Assembly (NCBI GenBank): GCA_041183925.1
Contig: JBEGKV010000001.1
Span: forward strand, 1-32,506
Source of the DNA: Actinomycetota bacterium
Lineage (GTDB): Bacteria; Actinomycetota; Actinomycetes; Actinomycetales; Microbacteriaceae
Direction: 5' to 3'
DNA length: 32,506 nucleotides
The notes beneath the pieces were generated by a model, which worked only from the letters and a program-made list of their open reading frames with translations, was not told where the DNA came from and searched no databases. Shown here piece by piece: positions 30,042 through 32,506 of the stretch. The first letter of the stretch is position 1; every line of letters begins with the position of its first letter. The position numbers and the translations under genes were made by a program.

Positions 30042-30058
30042 TTCTCACTGAATGAGAA
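30042..30058. promoter_or_regulatory. Putative IclR operator upstream of the P450/cre operon
   Basis: TTCTCA-ctgaa-TGAGAA, just upstream of a candidate -10 TACACT (30027-30032, minus strand). Confidence 0.7.
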
Positions 30059-30093
30059 GGTGGAAAGGAATTTTAGGGAGAAGTTAAAAACGC

Positions 30094-30864
30094 CTAGTGG
30101 AGGCCCGCGGGACCGCCACGCATGACCAATTCAATGCGCTCCACAGTGCCCTTCAACATGGGCAACAAACGCTGTACTTCACGAGATCTATTGGCATCAA
30201 AAACCAGGCCAACAGCAGCAACGACGGCATTATTGAAAATCACAGGTACCGCTAAAGACATGGCGTCTAAGCGCATCTGTTCATGAGTGACCGAATAGTT
30301 TGTCTGACGAACCTCGGCGATAACCTCGCGAAGAACATCAGGATCAGTCACCGTCTTCGGCGTGGGAGCTTCCAACTCCCGCTCGAGATAAGCATCCACG
30401 AACCAATCAGGCTGTGAAGCAAGCAGGACCCGCCCCACGGCAGTTGCGTGAAGTGGAAGCCGGCCTCCTAAGCGAGAGATCTGGGGCATTTTCTTGGTGC
30501 CATAAATTTTGTCCACATACAGGGACTGGACTCCCTCGCGGATCGCCATGTGAACGTTTTCATGCGCCAAGTCGAACAAGTCCTGAAGGAAGGGGTGTGC
30601 CCGGTCCCGAAGTCGACGACCAGCCATTTGACCCAGCTCCCAGATTCGAAAGCCAATCTGATATTTACCGTCTGAACCGCGGCGTAACCCGCCCCACTCC
30701 TCGAGCTCAGAAATGAGTCGATAGGTCGTGGATAACGGAAGCCCTGAGCGTTGCGCAATGCGGGCAACAGAAAGAGAACCGGTGGTGTTTTCAAATGCAG
30801 CAAGAATGCTTAGCGCTCGCGCGGTGACGGATTGCCCGCTTTCACGAAACTCTGCCTCAGCCAT
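30094..30864 (-). CDS. creR: IclR-family regulator (CreR-like)
   Basis: SVTARALSILAAF HTH; LPLHATAVGRVLLA; GGAGG RBS before ATG 30864. Confidence 0.85.
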   Translation of the reverse strand: MAEAEFRESGQSVTARALSILAAFENTTGSLSVARIAQRSGLPLSTTYRLISELEEWGGLRRGSDGKYQIGFRIWELGQMAGRRLRDRAHPFLQDLFDLAHENVHMAIREGVQSLYVDKIYGTKKMPQISRLGGRLPLHATAVGRVLLASQPDWFVDAYLERELEAPTPKTVTDPDVLREVIAEVRQTNYSVTHEQMRLDAMSLAVPVIFNNAVVAAVGLVFDANRSREVQRLLPMLKGTVERIELVMRGGPAGLH

Positions 30865-30957
30865 GCGGTCACCTCCAGTTTGTAACCCGCACTCCACATT
30901 CTAGGCAGACGGTAACTTTTCTGCGAAGAGAGTCATGGCGACTCAGGAAAGCTCCGG

Positions 30958-31260
30958 TTAGCCCCTGGCCTGCTCGTGGTGGTGAATAACCTCTTCCACG
31001 ACGAAGTGGAACCACTTCTCTGCGAAAGTCGGGTCAAGGTTTGCTTCTTCGGCGAGCGCGCGGAGGCGCGCAACCTGACGTGCTTCACGTGCAGGGTCCG
31101 AGGGGGGAAGATCGTTGGTGGCTTTGAGCTTGCCCACCTTCTGGGTGAACTTGAAGCGTTCGGCGAGCATGTGAATGAGCGCGGCATCGATGTTGTCGAT
31201 GCTCTCGCGAATACCTGCGAGTTCTGCTGCGACCTCAGGGTCCATCTCGTTGTGCGCCAT
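30958..31260 (-). CDS. Chorismate mutase, AroQ type
   Basis: IRESIDNIDAALIHMLAERF, VGKLK, DPARE; TAATCT -10 box 6 nt before ATG. Confidence 0.92.
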   Translation of the reverse strand: MAHNEMDPEVAAELAGIRESIDNIDAALIHMLAERFKFTQKVGKLKATNDLPPSDPAREARQVARLRALAEEANLDPTFAEKWFHFVVEEVIHHHEQARG

Positions 31261-31284
31261 GCTTTCAGATTAGCGCAGGAGGTG

Positions 31285-32166
31285 TTACTTCTTCGCTTGC
31301 CTGCGCATGATGAGAACACCGGCAATCACGATGGCGCCACCCACAGGTTCGTACCAGTGCAGGTTCTCACCGAGGAACAGCACACCCAGGAGCACCCCCA
31401 CAATGGGCATGACGTAGGTCACGGCGGAGGAACGCGTGGGACCCCAGGATTCAAGAACATCATTGAACCAGAGATAGGCCAGACCTGTTCCGCCCAGGCC
31501 AATGACACTAATTGCCACCACGGTGCTCCAGTCGATGGTGACCGGGCCCAGGGCAATAAACGGGGTGAGGAGCAACATGAAGACCACTGCTGCGCCGACT
31601 TCAATGATGGACATGGCGCGGACAGATACCCCGCTGGGGAAGACAAACTTCTTCAGATAGGTACCCGAGAGTCCATACATGACGGCTGCACCGATGCAGG
31701 CAACTTGACCCCAGAAGGTCCCGCCTATTTCGGTGAGGGTCCAGGGAGCAATGACGACAACCAGACCTAGCAAGCCAACGAGAACACCGAGTATCTGATT
31801 GCGGTTGAAGTTCTCCACCCGCAATACATAGACCGCAATGATGGCGGTCATGATCGGGGTGAGGCCGTTATAGATGGTCGCAACGGCAGAGGTGATGTAT
31901 TGCTCTGCCCAGACACCCGCCACGGCGATATGCCCCCAGAGCTTGAGATCTCGGGGAAGCTTCTGGCGAGTGATGAGCAAGACAATGAGCATAAAGAGGC
32001 CACCAGCCAACACGCGTGCCCAGGCGATCTGGCCCCAGCTCAGGGTGTGCATCGCGATCTTGATGAAGTAGAAGCTGGAACCCCAGAGCAGGGCTAAAAA
32101 GATGAACTTTGCCGTGACGACAACGGGAGATTGTCCAGGTTTGTGAGCCGCAGCAGGAGTAGTCAT
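31285..32166 (-). CDS. EamA/DMT-family transporter
   Basis: ALLWGSSFYFIK, GTGLAYL, VTYVMPIVGVLLGVLFLGE; multiple hydrophobic segments. Confidence 0.9.
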   Translation of the reverse strand: MTTPAAAHKPGQSPVVVTAKFIFLALLWGSSFYFIKIAMHTLSWGQIAWARVLAGGLFMLIVLLITRQKLPRDLKLWGHIAVAGVWAEQYITSAVATIYNGLTPIMTAIIAVYVLRVENFNRNQILGVLVGLLGLVVVIAPWTLTEIGGTFWGQVACIGAAVMYGLSGTYLKKFVFPSGVSVRAMSIIEVGAAVVFMLLLTPFIALGPVTIDWSTVVAISVIGLGGTGLAYLWFNDVLESWGPTRSSAVTYVMPIVGVLLGVLFLGENLHWYEPVGGAIVIAGVLIMRRQAKK

Positions 32167-32250
32167 AACCTGTTCAGCCTAGGCCCTGCAGGGCCGTCGA
32201 CGGCAGGGAAAATTTCCCCGTATTTCAGGCCGGTTGCAGAACGAGAAAAG

Positions 32251-32506
32251 CTAGCCGACGAGGTCGTGCTGCACGATGATGGCATCGCGTGCAGGACCCA
32301 CACCAATGGCAGAGAAACGTGCCCCGCTCATGGCTTCCAAGGCGATGACGTAGTCCTGAGCGTTCTTGGGCAAATCACTGAAGCTGCGTGCACCGGTGAT
32401 GTCCTCCGTCCAGCCAGGGAAGTATTCCAGGATGGGGGTGGCGTGGTGGAAGTCACTCTGGTTGACGGGAACCTCATCGTGGCGAACACCGTCCACGTCA
32501 TAGGCA
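32251..32506 (-). CDS. purA: Adenylosuccinate synthetase, C-terminal part (5' truncated by window)
   Basis: [23 protein letters not shown]...SAIGVGPAR. Confidence 0.95.
   Translation of the reverse strand, partial: AYDVDGVRHDEVPVNQSDFHHATPILEYFPGWTEDITGARSFSDLPKNAQDYVIALEAMSGARFSAIGVGPARDAIIVQHDLVG

Noticed and set aside
840-30960. att-like direct repeats at island edges, tRNA or CRISPR array
   Set aside because: None visible by eye; a repeat finder and tRNAscan would be needed to exclude short ones
30976-31770. 264-aa plus-strand ORF
   Set aside because: Antisense to chorismate mutase and EamA genes

Overview
Actinobacterial DNA of moderate GC, most likely a Microbacteriaceae-type genome (inferred from protein style and leaderless TANNNT promoters). 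The core genes purL (left) and chorismate mutase/EamA/purA (right) flank a ~30 kb aromatic-catabolism island with no integrase or transposase. The island has four IclR-associated modules. (1) A complete protocatechuate 4,5-cleavage operon (ligK-U-J-I-A-B-C). (2) pobA. (3) A hydroxyacetophenone-type module: three-subunit biotin carboxylase, HAD phosphatase, acetoacetate-CoA-ligase-like enzyme and CouO-like hydrolase, resembling Hpe/Acv systems but without its own kinase. (4) A Corynebacterium-type cre operon (CreHI phenol kinase, P450 with ferredoxin and reductase, SDR, ALDH, two HD phosphohydrolases). Together they plausibly encode a full route from p-cresol, 4-ethylphenol or 4-hydroxyacetophenone, via aryl-phosphate intermediates, to pyruvate and oxaloacetate. 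The ALDH gene carries an in-frame 276-bp tandem duplication whose copies differ almost only at synonymous sites. Also present: an HTH-fused MNT/HEPN toxin-antitoxin pair, a signal-less HtaA-domain gene and a family of palindromic IclR-type operators.
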